Source: Escherichia phage HHU8
Reading direction: 5' to 3' (one strand)
Sequence record: PQ641135
Length of the DNA: 42,059 nt
Below are positions 39,992-42,059 of this stretch, in pieces. The translations under genes were made by a program, and so were the position numbers. Below the pieces are notes generated by a model. The model was not told the DNA's origin, searched no databases, and saw only the letters and a program-made list of their open reading frames with translations. Each line of letters opens with the position of its first letter. Position 1 is the stretch's first letter.

Positions 39992-41751
39992 TATTTGATT
40001 CTCCGTCGCGTGCCGCGCACAGGTTTGTGGCTGCGCCACTTCGAGTCGTCGTAACCCATCGGGTTGGCAAGGAACTCTCGTGCAGCAGCAGTCTCACGCT
40101 TGGCGGCTTCTTCATGTTCGTCCTGCTGTAGCACCTCAGCGTGCAGGTACACGGCAGCAGACAGGGTTTCAATGCGGTCGTCGTGGGGGATGGATTGACG
40201 GTCTTGTGTCAGGTTCTGGAGCTGCCAGAACAGACTGAACTCACGACCACCGTTATTCATGCCCCGGCACAGCCGCAGGTCTTCTTCAACAACACACCAA
40301 TGCACAACGACACGGTGGCGCTGCATGATTGGGCCGAGGCGGTTGATGATACGCACCTCTTTCTGACCGGACGAGTACACGCCATCACAGCCAATGGTCA
40401 AGCTCTGACGCTTAACCTCACCTCGGTACATGTTGGTCACGGTGCCGTGGCCCATGTTATCCTCAATGACCAGTCGCTTAACCCCGGTTTCAGCAAGCCA
40501 CTCTACCGCCGCCTTGATGTTTTCCTCCGTCTGACCGCCGTGGTAGACGTGCATACCGATGACGTGGATAAACGGGCCGACAGAAGCGGTGGCAATGATA
40601 ACTGATTCGTCCGACCCACCACCAGCAGGGTCAAGAAACGCCGAGGTATTTTCGAATGGTACATAAGTGTCCGAGAAATCAGCAGCCAAGAATAGCTGAG
40701 CGCGAGCCAGTGGGAAATCCAATGGCAGCTCGGCGGCATGGCGCGGGTGGTTCGACCAATGCAGAACCTCCGGCGCAGACTGCGTAGAGCCGTGGAAGAA
40801 GATTAAGTCTTTGAGATGTAACGTCTGTTTGAGCGCATCCGACAGCGACGTGTCCAGCATGAACTGCAACTGGAAGCCTGCCTGCTGGTAGTCTCGTTCG
40901 TTCTGCAACTGCTTCTCTTCGGAGTAGCGTTGCGGGTCAGTCTGTGCGCCACGGTTCCCAAGGATACCGTACCCAGTACGCAGTTCAGGGTGGCCATCCA
41001 TCTTCTGCTTAATCCACGGGGCCAGACAGCCGCCGTAGCGTTCTTCTTCCTCAACCGTTGGGAAACGACCGGGCCAGATGCGAACGTCGAAGCCACGCTG
41101 CGGGAGCGTGTTGTAGATGGAGTCCTGAGTCTGCGGTGTACCAAGGTACAGAATCTCTGCACCATCATTGGCGATAGCCGCGAACTCTTTGGTCAGAGTG
41201 TTGATACGGGCGCGGTTGGCAGGAGAGCTACCGTTACTGGTAGTCTCCACGTCATCGGCAATCAACAGCGATACGTGGTTCCCCTGCAACTGGCCGAAGA
41301 TACCAACTGCTTTGACAGAGGGCTGTTTGTCAGGAATACGAAATGCGTGGTGTACGTCGAAACCGTCCGTATAGGAGGTACGTGCGCCAGCGCGAGTTTC
41401 AGGGCGCAGCCATTCCAGTCTGTCCCATTGCATAATGGCAGACACGATGGCGTGCGAGAGCGTACCCGCATAGTCGTCAGAACCAGATACCAGCAGCACA
41501 GTGGCGTTAGGCATCTGGATGAACTCATACAGAGCACGGGCAATGCCGATGGTGGACTTAGCCTCACCGCGCTGAGCCATGACGCACTTGTTCTTTAGCG
41601 TCCGGTCGGCCATGTAGCGGCCAATATCGAGCTGCATTTCAGTGAGGTCAAAGCCCAGCCATGCGAAGTAGTCATGCAGGAACAGCGGGAAGTTGTTCTC
41701 GTAGTGGGCGCGAACAATTCCTGCCATCACCATGCGGCGTTGTAAATCCAT
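39991..41751 (-). CDS. terminase large subunit (T7 gp19-like)
   Basis: 586-aa ORF, the same length as T7 gp19; N-terminal region resembles T7-group terminases; follows the small-terminase gene with a TAATG overlap. Confidence 0.85.
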   Translation of the reverse strand: MDLQRRMVMAGIVRAHYENNFPLFLHDYFAWLGFDLTEMQLDIGRYMADRTLKNKCVMAQRGEAKSTIGIARALYEFIQMPNATVLLVSGSDDYAGTLSHAIVSAIMQWDRLEWLRPETRAGARTSYTDGFDVHHAFRIPDKQPSVKAVGIFGQLQGNHVSLLIADDVETTSNGSSPANRARINTLTKEFAAIANDGAEILYLGTPQTQDSIYNTLPQRGFDVRIWPGRFPTVEEEERYGGCLAPWIKQKMDGHPELRTGYGILGNRGAQTDPQRYSEEKQLQNERDYQQAGFQLQFMLDTSLSDALKQTLHLKDLIFFHGSTQSAPEVLHWSNHPRHAAELPLDFPLARAQLFLAADFSDTYVPFENTSAFLDPAGGGSDESVIIATASVGPFIHVIGMHVYHGGQTEENIKAAVEWLAETGVKRLVIEDNMGHGTVTNMYRGEVKRQSLTIGCDGVYSSGQKEVRIINRLGPIMQRHRVVVHWCVVEEDLRLCRGMNNGGREFSLFWQLQNLTQDRQSIPHDDRIETLSAAVYLHAEVLQQDEHEEAAKRETAAAREFLANPMGYDDSKWRSHKPVRGTRRRIK

Positions 41752-42056
41752 TAGTGCATCACCCCGCTATCTTCTGCAATCTTGTCGATTGCTGCTTTCA
41801 AGATTGACTTGCGCTCTGCTTCCGTGCGCTCGCCGTCGAGTTGTGCCTGCAATGCCAGCAGGTCGTCAGCATCACCTTTGTCGGCTGCTATGCCGTTATC
41901 CTTTAGGAACTGTCGAAGCACAGATAACTCAGCAGCAGGCATTGGGGCGATGATGTTGCCATCATCGTCCTTTTTCATGGATGCATGAAGCCGTTCTGTG
42001 AGGTATTCGACCAGCGCCCTATGCAGGGCGTCGAGTTCCTTGTTAGTGCCAGCCAT
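41751..42056 (-). CDS. terminase small subunit (T7 gp18-like)
   Basis: 101-aa ORF with ATG at 42054-42056, charged helical protein directly upstream of the large terminase. Its Shine-Dalgarno (GGAG) lies at window positions 2-5, i.e. across the circular junction. Confidence 0.55.
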   Translation of the reverse strand: MAGTNKELDALHRALVEYLTERLHASMKKDDDGNIIAPMPAAELSVLRQFLKDNGIAADKGDADDLLALQAQLDGERTEAERKSILKAAIDKIAEDSGVMH

Positions 42057-42059
42057 GAT

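Noticed and set aside
1-42059. CRISPR arrays, tRNA genes, integrase or other lysogeny or mobile-element genes
   Set aside because: I saw no regularly spaced direct repeats with unique spacers, no tRNA T-loop/acceptor signatures, and no integrase-like or transposase-like ORFs. The genome looks strictly lytic, though tRNA detection by eye is unreliable.

Overview
The window looks like a complete, circularly permuted genome (about 42 kb) of a T7-like podovirus (Autographiviridae-type), shown as the reverse complement: every convincing gene is on the minus strand. Reading the minus strand from high to low coordinates the order is: small and large terminase (42056-39991), a lysis cassette (39644-38073), a non-coding end region with a T-depleted repeat tract and tandem sigma70-type early promoters (38072-36557), about 25 small early genes (36556-30618), a replication module with primase, helicase, DNA polymerase, 5'-3' exonuclease, endonuclease VII and phosphoesterases (30187-19658), a single-subunit RNA polymerase (19159-16727), then the structural genes from portal to tail fiber (15747-7). 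The tail-fiber stop at 7-9 and the terminase start at 42056 join across the window ends with a Shine-Dalgarno sequence spanning the junction. RNA polymerase sits directly upstream of the structural module, which is the phiKMV/KP34-like arrangement rather than the T7 one. All calls rest on reading motifs in the translated ORFs and the DNA by eye; no database search was possible. The most notable items are an array of small acidic early proteins each preceded by a hairpin plus a conserved GCAATnATGCC box, a 21-bp promoter-like motif with a CACTATAG core present as a perfect inverted pair 20.8 kb apart, a stand-alone CCA-adding-enzyme-like nucleotidyltransferase, a lysis cassette with a unimolecular-spanin-like lipoprotein, and a tailspike carrying an SGNH esterase domain.
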